From positions 171,368,001 through 171,432,000 of the forward strand of contig JBITNC010000001.1 in NCBI GenBank assembly GCA_050084985.1: 64,000 nt of DNA, written 5' to 3'. Both the position numbers and the translations under genes were made by a program. The notes beneath the pieces are model-generated. The model worked only from the letters and a program-made list of their open reading frames with translations. It did not search any database and was not told where the DNA came from. This document shows positions 41,045-53,532 of the stretch, piece by piece (the first letter of the stretch is position 1; each line of letters opens with the position of its first letter). This stretch comes from Nageia nagi (Eukaryota > Plantae > Pinophyta).

Positions 41045-43004
41045 CCATAGACTTGAGGTATATGTTGACGTATTACCCAAGTCAAAAAGAAACGATGATC
41101 ATTTGTTGTACTTTCAAAAGATTTTCAAAATATTAAAGCAATACAAGTTAAGGCTTAAACAATAGAAATGTGCATTAAAAGTATCATCCGGTAATCTCTT
41201 GGGTTTTATTGTTTCTATGAGAGGTATTGAATGTTTATTTCTCGATTCGCACATAAATGTATTATGTAGCCTTTTTATTCATTTACTTAAGAAAAATGTT
41301 AAATCTGAGAGGAATGATAACTATCCAAAAGCTTTTGATTCAATCAAAGAATATCTATTGAATGTTTTTGTGCTAACACCATTGCAAGTAGATAGGCTTT
41401 TGTATATGTATATTTCAGCTACAGCACATGCCTTGGGTGCCATGCTAGCACAAAAAAATGACAATAGCAAAGAAAGGGTCATCTACTACAATGATACTTT
41501 GATTGATTATAAAACTAAATATACTTCGATTGAAAAGTTGTATTTTTGCTTTAATTTTTTCTGCAAAAAATTAAAACATTAGATGTTAAATACCACAACT
41601 AAGTTACTAACGGCATAGCACAGGCAGATCCACTCAGGCATATGCTATCCAAATCCTATCTTTCAGGTAGAGCTAATAAATAGGTAATGTTTTCATAAAA
41701 ACTTGATTTACTTTTCATGGATCAAACATTGATAAAAGAACAAGCTACTGTTGATTATCTTGTTGATGCTCCTCCTAGTGATACCCTGGTTTGAAAACTT
41801 GTAAGTGCTTGCTTCTCATGAGTAATAGTGAGTCAGAAGGCAAATAGGTAATCGAGGGCAGTTTCTCGGCACTGCATGGCATGTTTTCAGCAGGTACTTG
41901 GGGAGAAAAGTGATGGTTACTTGGCTGTTACCTAGGAACTAGAAAAACAGAACCAAATTCGTGCAAAAAAAAGATAGTCAATCTCCAAAAGTGCCTTAAA
42001 CTGCCTCATTTTGCTCATTCCATTGTGTTTACTCACTCTTCTGCTTTATAGATCAGTTTGTAAAGGATTTGAAGGTTCACCATCAATCAAAAGAGCTTCA
42101 CTATGGATTTCATTTGTGAGTGTTTTTTTATTCTCAATGTGCATTTGAAGAGGTAGGTTTTTCTTTTTTTTTTTTTCACAATAGAATATTTTTTTTGTAT
42201 GTTTATGTTAATGCCCATACTTTATAGGTTGAGCCAACAATGCCTTAATGACCATGTGTTTGTCCTAATACAATCTTCGCCTTCATGTCAAATAAGTAGA
42301 GGGCACACATACCTATGATGCCATTGACCTTGATTCTATGGATCCAGTAGTACATTGGGTTGTTGAAAATGTGGAACCCATCTTCACTAAGGAGGACATC
42401 GAGCGACTTCAAAGGAAAGTAGCAGGTGAAGGTACATCTAGTGCAGCAACTACAATTCATATGAAGCTCAAGGATGAGTACATACTTGAGGCTAAGGATC
42501 CTATTAAGGATGAAGATGCACCACTTCCTTCACCACCACATGTTGCGAGTATACAAGGGTGATGAGAAAGAGGCCATTGCAACACTAGTAATTTAGACTC
42601 TTAAGAGTCTTAGACTTTAGAGTCTAGACTTAATTTTTATTGTTTAGAACTACTTGACTTATGACTATATACATTGTTTTATTTATTATTTTTTGACGAT
42701 CATTAATGATCACAAACAATGAATGATTATTGCAACTCTCTAATTTCGTATTTAAATATGTTTTTTTAATGAAATGTTCATGGTTTTTTCTTGCCGGATT
42801 TTTCTCGAGTACTCTCCAAGTTTCGAGTACTCCCCAACTTTTTCTTGGCTTAGTAGTTCCCAACTATGAGTTTTCCAACAATGAGTGATATTAAAAACTG
42901 CTAGTGAAGAATTTCTAGATGATTCTGTAAACTTTGTGAAAAATAATGATAACATATAATAGTTCTTTTTTATTACTCCAAGTGCAAACATAGGGCAAGG
43001 GTAG
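41045..43004 (+). pseudogene. Tat/Ogre-type gypsy RT-RNaseH fragment, split by a hAT element and ending at an LTR insertion
   Basis: EVYVD..KSK..DHL..KLRL..KC..VSSGNLLGFIVS; ORF 41199-41582 (YISATAHALGAMLAQ..ERVIYY..YTSIEK). Reading resumes after 42891 (EEFLDDSV..SKCKHRARV, start of the additional RNaseH). Confidence 0.8.
41785..42883 (+). mobile_element. Non-autonomous hAT element (~1.1 kb) retaining a transposase C-terminal remnant
   Basis: Imperfect TIRs cctggtttgaaaact / agttttccaacaatg; 8-bp TSD agtgatac (41777-41784) / agtgatat (42884-42891). Internal frameshifted LNDHVFV.YNLRLH..YDAIDLDSMDPVVHWVVE resembles the end of the hAT dimerisation domain. Confidence 0.85.
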
Positions 43005-43365
43005 TGTTGTGGCTTCCACAACACGCCCCAAATTTTTAGCAAAATTGGGGACCCTCAAATTTTGGCAAGGAGTCACCTGGGAAGAACAACTAAGCTTGTG
43101 GTGTGCTAAGACCAAGAAGCGTTAGGGACCATAATCGATAAAGGGTGATCCACGTTGGACTTCTAGGGACAATGGAACAGAATTCTGGCTAAGGCATTGC
43201 TGAGCGCATGTCTTTGAGGAGACAACACCCACGTCCCCTCCCAGACTTGTGCCAGCTTTCCAAAGGGTCCAGATAGCCATTTTGAGCACTATGATGAAAA
43301 TTTGGATAAGTATGAAACACCCTTGCCTTGGTGCAAATCGAAAGGAAGACAAACTTCTTGTCTCA
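43005..43365 (+). repeat. Truncated LTR start of the TGTTGTG...CACAACA family
   Basis: tgttgtggcttccacaacacgcccc...ttggggaccctc matches the LTR starts at 55123 (forward) and 53532 (reverse). Right end is approximate. Confidence 0.65.
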
Positions 43366-45352
43366 TCCGGGATGTGCGCTCAATCCATTGGAATACTATT
43401 TGAAGATCTAGTTCAACTCTATCGGACTAGGCACCTTGTTCTTCAAAGCCTCCCCAGCCTTTTGCGCAAACATGGGCCTAAATGGCTTCAAAATTACTGG
43501 TTGCTCTTCTATCTTGCCAACTCCTCCTCTAGGTACCTCCTTAGGAGAGGGTTTGTACCCTAGGGCACTCTATGCGAGTGGCATCTCAGGAAAATGGCCT
43601 CTAGCTGTTCCATTGACCCATGGTGAGTGGACTCTCTATCCCTCAGGCTCCGAGATCTCCTCAAGCTAGGTTCATGATCAATCCGATCCTCCTTAACCAA
43701 CTCATATCTATCTCCTTTGGCCAAACGTGGGGTTCCTCTATCATCTTTGGTTAGACATGGGATCTCCTGGTAATCTTTGGCCAGACGTGGATGCTCCCTC
43801 TCATCCCTGGCCTAATGTGGGTGCTCCTTGTCTTCCCTGGCCAGTCATGGGTGCTCTCTCTCATCTTGAGCATGACACGGTGCTTCCCGATATTCTCTGG
43901 CATGTCGTGGGGGTGTATGGCGCCTTTCTGGCTCATCAAGATCTCCCCAATGTATGGTCATCTTTCGTTCCATAGAAGTCATTACTTCGGTCATATTGTG
44001 AATGGCCAAAATGAGCTCATTAAACTTTCGTTCGGGAGTGCATCCCCAACCCAGAGTGGAGCTCCTCATCCTCGAAACCCTCTTCCTGTCTCCCTGCGCT
44101 TCTCCCTCATCACCGGAAACCCTCTCTTCTAGTGGTTCATTCATCCATGGTCGTCTATCCTCCTCCTAGTTGGCTCTCTCTGATGCCTCGTGTACATGTG
44201 ATCTTCCTCTCTTCCTAGCAGATGCCATACATCTCCGGCTGTTGTACCTGGTGTAGTAGCGGTGGATTTTCAATTTCATACACAGGCTGGCCAGATCCAA
44301 GCTCTGATACCACTTGTGATGATCCAAAGTAAAAAATTGCCACAAACTAGCAATTCTAGACCATCAAGCCCTAACGTCAAGTCTAGAGCATCACACATGC
44401 ACCAACAAACCCTCAGGATGTCAACGTTAGGGTTAGACTATGCAATACATCTCATAAGAATGGAAACATGCCAACGTCTAGCAATTGTAAGCATGCATCA
44501 ATGAATACAATCCCAGATTGCCAACGTTTGGCTCATACATGCATAATCCAATCTACAATACATTAAAGTGCCATCACATGATAAATACAAGTACATACAA
44601 CCAATGATATCCAACACATGCACAAGTATGAGACAATACAACACAATAATGAGATCCAAAGCCCTTTGGCTGTATACCAATGATATATAATGAATGTAAT
44701 ACAATACCAAACCCAATGGGCAGTCGTTGGCCTCCAAGGAGCCAACTAGGGCACAATAACTAATATCTCCAATGTTGGACAAACTACGGAACTATGGGAC
44801 AGATCTACCTCTTCAGAACTCGAATCCTCTCCGCTAAAGGAGCCCTCAAACTCTGGCTGATTGACTAAACAGTAGAAGCAAACCCTTGGAATGCCACCGG
44901 ATGGGCAAAGGTGCTCCACCAATGCCGTAGATAGACAAGATCCCTCAACCTAACTACCCTTTAGACGCTCTAATTAGGAAGTGTTGCTTAGCACTGCTAA
45001 GACTTGTGGCTGGAGGACTATAGTAGAAGTAATAATCAATAAGTGGTGTCCAGTAATGAAGCTCCAATGTCTATTTATACATTACTCATGTCTAGATCTC
45101 ACCTAGGAGTCATCCTAGGCCCATCTAATCCAACATCGGGCTTTTGGGGGGCCCAATCACTTAAAGTGCCAACGTGGGGGTCATGATCACTCATAATGCC
45201 AACGTGGGGGTCATGATCACTTAAGATGCCAACGTGGGGGTGTGGGGCCCTTCCCACTGTGGCACTAGCATGCTGGTGGCCATCCATCACTCGCATAAAT
45301 ATACCTTGGGATTCCCACAATTCGGGAAGATGCCTAATCTAAGGAATGCTTG
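43365..45352 (-). mobile_element. 5' part of an LTR retrotransposon: truncated LTR (44315-45352), tRNA-Met PBS (44301-44312), decayed gag-like leader ORF
   Basis: gctctgatacca (reverse complement TGGTATCAGAGC) lies 2 nt from TG at 44315; minus-strand TATA 'ctatttatac' at ~45071; ORFs 43845-44144 and 43751-43939 lie downstream of the PBS. Confidence 0.75.
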
Positions 45353-48004
45353 TGTCACGACCCACCTCATGAGCTTCTACAATTGATGAGCTCATTGTAT
45401 TCCTTACGTTTTGCATATTATCCATTAAGAAATCTGTCTAACGAATCTTGGAGAATGGTAGGAAATGCTAGAATTACCGACCATTTAATAGAAAGAGTTA
45501 TTTCCTCACAAGGCGTGAGTATACGGTGACCCAAATTGACGTAGAGACGGAATAATAAGGTGAGCATATGATGTATATTATACAAACAAATTTGTTATCA
45601 TTTGCATTATGAAGATTTTTAGTAAGCCGTGACCTTGAGATACATCTACCAAGGAGCTTTAACGCCTCTTGACTTTTTTTGTTTTGGGTACCCCATTTTA
45701 CCATCATACGAAGGATAATAACAAAGTCCAAAGCATGGTTAAACTCCATCATTCGCTGCCTTGCAAAGTGTAAGAAAACTTGCGCGATCTCCACGTTGTC
45801 TCCATATGTCATGTGGACTTCTCCTTTCTTTTAATCTAATGACGTCTTCACCTTTTAATACATTGAGTATAAAGAATGATTACAATAATAATGTTTTAAG
45901 GTGCTGCTTCTTTTAATGTTGAACCATTAGATATTACCATATAGTGAAGAATAAAATATATATATATATATATATAACTCATGATTTTGGGTTGTTATTA
46001 ACTTTAATACAATAAGATGATTATATGGATACATATACTCCATAGAATATAAAACAAAATCCAAAATATTATTTGATAGGATGCTAAATTTTTATGACAT
46101 TAGAACAATGATTGGTAATAATTGATTATTGTTCATACATGGCCAAGGAAATGAGAAATTTCTCATGAGGTCAAATAAATATTTACTTTGGTAAATCATA
46201 TTGCATATCAAAGGGTCATAAAAGAAACTAGGGGATGTCCTGATCCTCCTCCTTCCTAGTACTCGATCCATCCACCAAGTTCCAAGGTGATGTTCGATGT
46301 TCAATGTTTAATGCTCATTGCTCGATAAACGATGGAGATGCTCGATGCTCGTTGTTTGAAGATCAATGGATGTGTTTCCACAACAAACTATAGAATGACT
46401 CACTAAATAACAATGTTACACTTCATTTGTATTACAAGATGATGAAGATAAGTTACCAAATCATTAAATTGTATTAGTCTTATGATGTATTAATGTCTTG
46501 TAATAAGTTTATGGAAACTATGTTATTATCGTAGATGTTGAAGTTATGGGGTATATCCGGACCCTTGTAATTGATTTTTAACTTAGAAATGCTTAATGAC
46601 GATTATGTTGTATTTATCTCTTGCTAGTAAACTGAATGCTAAATGAAAGATAAATGAATTTGTTATCTCTTATAAACAACACTATGATTATTATATGTTA
46701 AGTTTTATGCTTTAATACTTGTTAGGTAGTAGTCATAGATGGATTAGGTTGTTACTCCTGTTAAATCCAAAATTATCCCAACAACTTAGAATCAACCATA
46801 AACTAGAGTTAAGATTCCAAATGATACTTCGTGAGCATTTGGGATATCGTAGGGATCCTTGGAATCAAATTGGATATCAATGGGACTCCATGAGATAAAT
46901 GGAATCATTCAGAATTCTTTTTGGATGAATGCAAGAAAAACAACGAAGGACCTTTGCCAAGTAAACCTACCTTGCTAGACGACAAATAAAAGGAATATTC
47001 TTTGCATGAGGACCACTTAGCACCGCATTACTTTTGTAGCAATAGTGGGGAGGTCCTTCCTCACAACTTGTTACTTTATGTATTCAAGAGATCTTTTAAA
47101 AAGTGGATCCGTATACGCGATACAATGCATATGGGATAAAACAAGAAAATATGTGCCTTCCTCCGTAAGCTATAACTAAGACTTTCGAGGTACTTCTTGT
47201 GGGCAAGGATGAATGGTGTTAAACATTAGAAAATGTCTTATACCCACTTTACTGTTTGAAAATATTAGTATATGGTCATTAGGACATAGGTGGTTCTTTT
47301 GTCAACACATTTAAAAATAGATTAGACTAAACAACCACTCTAAGATATTGTTTAATATCCATGGCTCCCCAAGTTATGGGCACAGGGATGCCGAACCACA
47401 TGGTGGGACTAGTCGATAGTTATGGGCAGATTAGTACTCATATTCCCCAACAGGTGAGTCAGGTGGGAATAGCAATTGGAAAAACTACTATTACCAGGTG
47501 AGGGTAACTAGTAGTCATATCACTTGTAGTTAGTAGATAGGGGTGTGACGATTGTTCCATAGGCGATGCTACCCACTCATAAGGAAGCTTGCCTAGGACA
47601 AGTTAACTGCTACTATGAGATGGAGAGTAATCATCAGGGGACGATGACTAACTTAGTGGAAGTGCGATCTCTCGGGTGTTATGGGCCTTGAGTAGAAAAC
47701 CACTACATTGTAATAAAAAAGCCTATTACATACGGGAGGTGGTATAGGAATGGTGAGGTTACTTTTGAGGCGTCTTTTCAATAGGGTGAGTGTTGAAAAG
47801 TAAACACCGAAAACATTTATCAGGGTTGGTTACTTCGGGTTCTTAGCTAATCTTGCCATGTGAGTGCTGAGTTAGCTGGTAGCATATCAAGCTCATGTGG
47901 GATTGTTTGTTTCATTCCTAGATTATTCAAGTGTTACATTTAAAAAAAAAAAATAGGTCAAAAATTTAAGGCTTTTGATAATGATAATTAGTGGATGCGT
48001 TACA
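45353..48004. mobile_element. Probable long LTR (~2.65 kb)
   Basis: TGTCACG...CGTTACA inverted termini; non-coding; interrupts the preceding LTR. TSD not convincing (gcttg/cctta). Confidence 0.55.
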
Positions 48005-48009
48005 CCTTA

Positions 48010-48551
48010 TTACCCCATGTTGGACATCAAAGGAGTTTGCTCACCCACTTTGAGCTTCCTAAGGAGTAGATATCATACTCCCAATGATCAGTTCTCTCAC
48101 AGAGATATTGGAACTTGTTCTGGTACCACCACTTTGGATAAGCTCGCCACACAGGGATGCTCTTTTGCCCTAGATATCTTTCGTTAGCCAATTCCCTAGA
48201 TTTGATCTTCCCATGCAACAAGTATACAAGATAAAAGTTCATATAGAATCTCTTCAAAGAGCCAAAATAGGCTAATTGGTGGCGTAGGGCATCATTGATT
48301 ACCCAAGCCCATTAGATAGCCTTCCCTGAACTGATAATTGCAATAAAGCCCATGAACTCCCTCCTCCACTTGGTGTCGTTATCCTAACCAACGACCCTTG
48401 ATAAAAGAGTGATCAGTTTGGCCAGAACAAGCTCTCGCTCTCTCTCCCTCCCTCTCGCTCTCTCTCTCTCTCTCTCTCTCCCTCCCTCTCGCTCTCTCTC
48501 CCTCCCTCTCTCTCTCTCTCGCTCCCTCTCGCTCTCTCTCTCTCTCCCTCC

Positions 48552-48588
<37 letters not shown>

Positions 48589-49020
48589 CTCTCGCTCTCG
48601 CTCTCTCCCTCTCTCTCTCTCGCTCTCTCCCTCTCTCTCTCTCTCTCCCTCTCTCTCTCTCTCTCTCCCTCTCCCGCTCCCGCTCCCTCTCCCTCTCCCT
48701 CTCCCTCTCCCTCCCTCCCTCCCTCTCCCTCTCCCTCCTCCCTCCCTCCCTCCCTCTCCCTCTCCCTCTCCCTCTCCCCCTCCCCCTCTCCCCCTCCCTC
48801 TCGCTCTCCTCTCTCTCCCTCTCCCTCTCCCTCTCCCTCTCCCCCCCTCCCTTCCCTCTCGCTCTCTCCCTCTCCCTCTCCCTCTCCCCTCCCCCTCCCC
48901 CTCCCCCTCCCCTCTCTCTCTCTCTCTCTCTCTCTTCTCTCCCTCTCTCCTGAAATTCAATCAGGCTTTCTTTCGAAAGCCGAGTCATCTGGCTTTTGGT
49001 TACATGTCTCTCAAATAGTC
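48010..49020 (-). pseudogene. Fragment of an uncharacterised retroelement accessory ORF, interrupted by the CT/GA microsatellite
   Basis: LAKLITLLSRVVG*DNDTKWRREFMGFIAIISSGKAI*WAWVINDALRHQLAYFGSLKRFYMNFYLVYLL runs into ORF 48027-48257. Confidence 0.55.
48432..48951. repeat. ~520-bp polypyrimidine/polypurine (CT)n-(CTCTCC)n compound microsatellite
   Basis: Almost exclusively C/T on the plus strand; generates the spurious RE/RG/SL/SP ORFs. Confidence 0.97.
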
Positions 49021-49204
49021 ACATAGTTTGAGTTGGGTCCAAAAGCACTCACTCAAAAACATGTGACTGAGGAAAAATGTGCAATTTTGACTTGGCTTGA
49101 CCATGAAAGAGCAATTTAAACATGTTTCCTAAAGCTAGACCAAAACATATGCATTTCCTTTGACAAATTACTTCCATGCATTTCCTTTTTTATTTCGAGG
49201 GTCC

Positions 49205-52200
49205 TGTTGGGATGCTTTCCATTCCCTTGACGACCCTTTGAAGATCACGTGTAGGACTTACGAGCTGCTCAACAACATAGTTGGGAATGTGTTACCAATT
49301 CCCCCGTTTGAAAAGGACTAGGTACCTCCAAGGCTCTTGTCAAAACACCTACTCAACGACTCAACGTTTTAACGTTGTAGGTATGCCTGCCAAGCAAGAT
49401 CTCGTGCTTGGGCAAGTGTTTTTTAGTCTAGGGATAGATGAAAGAAAGTGCGGTATCCCTCTTTGGAATCAGCCGCAACGGAATGGAATGAGAGGTACCA
49501 GTCTGTTAACCAACGTTGTTTTATTTGATGTATAGAGTTTATTCAAAATATCCGTGTGGACTTAAAGATTGTATTTGGTTTTGAAAGCATAAAGAAAGTG
49601 TAAAGAAGCATAAATAAAATATTGTAAAGTGAGAGACTACACTTGTGAACCGGAAATAGATGCTTGGTCAAATAGCAAACAAGTCACCACGATGAAGCAT
49701 TGTCTAAAAAGTTAATCCTTTTCGGATCTTTAGGGATTTCATCCAATTCATCCAGCTTTGTGAATAAACAACTATGTTTGAATTGTTCCAAAGTGGAGAG
49801 GGAAGGAATGCCGATTGCTAGCAATCAAATGGACATGGTGAAAAAACATGGGAAAATAAGAGTTTGGATGTAAATCTCTAGTTTGATGTCATAAAATAGG
49901 AAACAGATTCAGAATACCTCATCTACATGCATGTTATGAACCAAGCAACTATCAAAGACTGATTTCCAACACTTTAAAGAATAAAGCAATGATACATTCC
50001 CTAATACTCGTGAGTTTTCAAAGGAAGCAAGTGAAAGTGTCAAACAAGCAATGATAATCCTTAAGAAACAATTCACAACACCACAAATGGATAAACAAGC
50101 TCAATCTTTGCCTTAACCACTTTGTATTAATTTATAAAAGAGTTGTGCAAGGATACATCAATTTGCTCCTCTTTTACAAAAGTTTCACTTTTTCACAAAA
50201 TGAGCTCTAGTGAAAATGAGACCCCATGCCACTTATTTATAGGCAAAATTAGGTTATATTCTCAAGTGTTGACCTAATTTCTAGAAAAACACTAAAATGC
50301 TAATTTAAATGTTAAATTGAGATTACAATATCGTTTGGTGAGAGAACAATACTCATCCCACTAAAATATGCTTGAAATAAAATATTTACAAAAATTGATG
50401 CCCTTTGGCATGGATTTCGAGGCATTTCACATCAATTTGGTAAAATTTGAAGCTTCAAATCGTCGTTCTAGATCCATTCATCTATCTTTTGAGCTCCTTC
50501 TTTCTTTAGTCTAGATTTGCCCTTGATGTGATCATTCTGACAAATTTTCAAGGAATTTTGAGAAAATTTTCTGAAAAAGTGAAATTTTGGTCTATATTTC
50601 GAAAAAAATGGGGTGGGGGTCCGAAATTTGGAAAATTTTTAAAAAGTGGATTTGACTCCATGGATGGATGAAGGACGGGATTTTAAGGTTCTTAGAAAGT
50701 TTTGAGAGGATTTGGAGCTTTTTTGCATCGAATTTGGGGCTTTTTCATGAGGGGGTATTTTGGATAAGGTGTTTTTGCATTTTTGGAGTTTTCTACTCAT
50801 TCCCAATGTTGGCAGGAAAGGCCAAAGGTGGGAAAACTTGGAAAATGAGTGCCTACCTAGGCATTTTGGGCAAGATTTTCATCTTTTTTCAAAAATTTCA
50901 AAGGCCAAAGTGCTTGAATCCTTAATCCACACATGATCTCCAAATTTCATTTTTTTTTCACTTTTTTTCTGAAAAAGTGAAGATTTTCAGCCTTTAGATC
51001 TTGGATCTTGAGAATTTTGTGTGTTTTTCTTCACTTTTTTGGATCCAAATCATTTTTCTTCATAGTGGAAATGGGTACCCAAATCAATCATCAAAATTGA
51101 TTTCTAAAATTTTGGATCTTGAGTCACAATTTTGAAGATTTGAAGTTTTCTACTTTTCCTCTTTTTTTTTCTGATTTTCTCCATTTTGGGAGGGCAAATA
51201 CATGATTGGAGGAGTTTTTCTTGTCCAATTCATGCACTTGGAAGACCAAAATGGTGTAGAATTGAATTTTGCACCCCATGAAGTTCACAAATCCTACTTT
51301 TGACAACTTTTAAGCCCTTTTGATGGTAGGTGCAGGTTTTGAAGGTTTTGGACAAGTTTGGAACTTTGGTGAAAAGGCCCAAAACTTTCAAAACTCCCCC
51401 ACAACGTTTTGGAAGGCAAAACTTGAGTTTTTTGCAATCTTGCAAGAGGCAAAGATGCTTCGAATTTGATTTGCTACCCTACCTTTCTCTCCAATTTTGA
51501 CTTTGACAATTTTGGAAAATTTGGAAAATTTTCGAGCCCTCCCATTGGCTGATCCAAATTTTGTGATTTTGAGGGAGTAGATCCACTTTTTTCTAAAAAC
51601 TTAAAACATGGAACTTATTCAAAATTGGTTTTCCCATGCTTCGAGGACCAAAAATCTCGATTTTTGAGCCAAAAAGGTCCTCCTAAGCTAGGTCTAGGTT
51701 TTGGGACTATTAGGCAAGTTTGAAAATTTGGGAAGTTGAGGGAAAACTCTTAAAATGCCGCCTAGGTTTTTGAGGGGCAAAAATTAATTTTTTTGCAAAA
51801 TTGCAAGAGGCAATATTTCTTACATTTGGACTTTGTACCCTACCTCATTCTTCTTTTTTGATTTGGCCAATTTTGGAAAATTTAGGAAAGTTTTGGAGCT
51901 CTCTCATTTTTTTGGAAAACTCAAATCATCAAACTTGTGTGAAATCCCATCCAATACCCCATGAAGATCAAAAATTTCAATTTTTTGCAATTTTGGGGCA
52001 CAAGAAGGGTAGGTGCAGGTTTTGGGAGGAATAGGCCATTTTCAAAATTTGGTAAAACATGAGAAAACATGCAAAACCAACGCCTAGCTTTTTGAGAGGC
52101 ATTTTTTCATTTTTTTCGAAAATTCCAAGAGCAAAGGTGCCTAAAATTGGATTTGGCACCCTACCTCTTCCTTGGATTTTCTTTTTGACATTTTTGAAAT

Positions 52201-53436
52201 TTTGAAAATTTTGGAGCATTCCTATTGGCTGTTCTTTTGCTCATTTTCCTGTTTTTTTCCACTTTTGGTGGAGCAAAACTCATCGAAATCGCGAACTTGA
52301 AAGACCAATTTGATGTAGAATCATGATCCCCACGCTTCCAAGCTCAAAAATTCCACTTTCGAATGAATTTGGGCCTCCCCAAAGGTAGGTGCAGGTTTTC
52401 AAGATAATATGCCATTTTCAAGATTTGGTGAAGTGAGGGAAAACTTGCAAAACTCCCCCCTAGATTTTCGGGGTTCAAATCTCTAGTTTTTTAAATATTT
52501 CCAAGAGCAGAGTGGCCTTAATTTGTCATTTTGCACCACACCTCTCTCTCGGATTTTCATTCCGAGTACTTTGAAAAAACTCACTTTTTTTGGCTCAACC
52601 CGAAGCTTTTTGGATGCCAAAATGCTCATTTTTTTATTTTACCCCTCAAGGGCACTCAAACTTGCTTTCCTCATTCATTCTGGGCTATATTGCACATTCC
52701 AACCTTTCACGTCTTTTACAGGCCCAAATGGTGCATTTCCGGCATTTCCGATCTTTAAGTATGAATTTTGCCCATTTCTGGCATTTCCGAACATTTCCAA
52801 GCTTGAACAGTGAAAAAACGATCATTTCCAGCATTTCGAGCTCAAAGTCTACATTTTTGCCATTTTTGGGCATTTTTGAGCACTTTGAGCTTAGATTTGC
52901 AATTTTGGTCATTTCCAACCTTTCTAAGCTCAACTCGTGTAAAAAGGCATATTTTTTATACTAACCACTTCCGGGCTCAAAATTCACAAAAACTCGTTTT
53001 TTTGGTTGTAGATGCCTTTTTTGGGTTCAATTTGTACAAAAATGTGCATTTTCATCATATTAATTATATCCACTGCTCCCAAGCTCAAACTTGATAAAAA
53101 ACACACCTTTTGGGTATGCTCGCCTTTTCCAGGCTCAAAACTGGCCCAAAACGACCCCATCTCTGCTAATCTCATTCTGGAGCCAAAAATTTGTGCTATG
53201 TCAGTAGCTCTCGGATCCTAGCTCCTTGTCTGCAAAACTAACGATTGGATATTCTGATACTCTTCAGGGTCTTTGTCGTGTGATCTCCTTGAACCACTCC
53301 CTGATATCATTTTTGCACTCTTTAGAATAAACTATCCATCGCCAAAAGCCAATCTCAAGGCAATGCACCTCATTGCCTTTGCAAAAATAGGGTCCCCAAA
53401 ATGCTGCATCTTGGGGTGTGTTGTGCATGCACAATA
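49205..53436 (-). mobile_element. Long solo LTR (~4.2 kb) of the TGTTG...CAACA family, with internal ~350-bp repeats
   Basis: TGTTGG at 49205 and CACAATA at 53436 (alternative end CACAACA at 53483), with ggtcc on both flanks. Minus-strand TATA 'cttatttatagg' at ~50232. 'ggtaggtgcaggttt' motif recurs at about 51325, 51690, 52008 and 52384. Confidence 0.7.
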
Positions 53437-53532
53437 GGTCCTCAAAATTTTGCATCTTGGGGTGTGTTGTTGTGGGCACAACAGGTCCTCAAAATGCAAA
53501 AATTTTGGGGAGGGTGTTGTGCAGGCACAACA

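Noticed and set aside
48379-49026. Three ~200-aa ORFs (RE/RG-rich and SL/SP-rich)
   Set aside because: Stop-free by-products of the CT/GA microsatellite.
50668-53221. Cluster of F/K/L-rich ORFs on both strands
   Set aside because: Arise from the A/T-tract repeats of a non-coding LTR.
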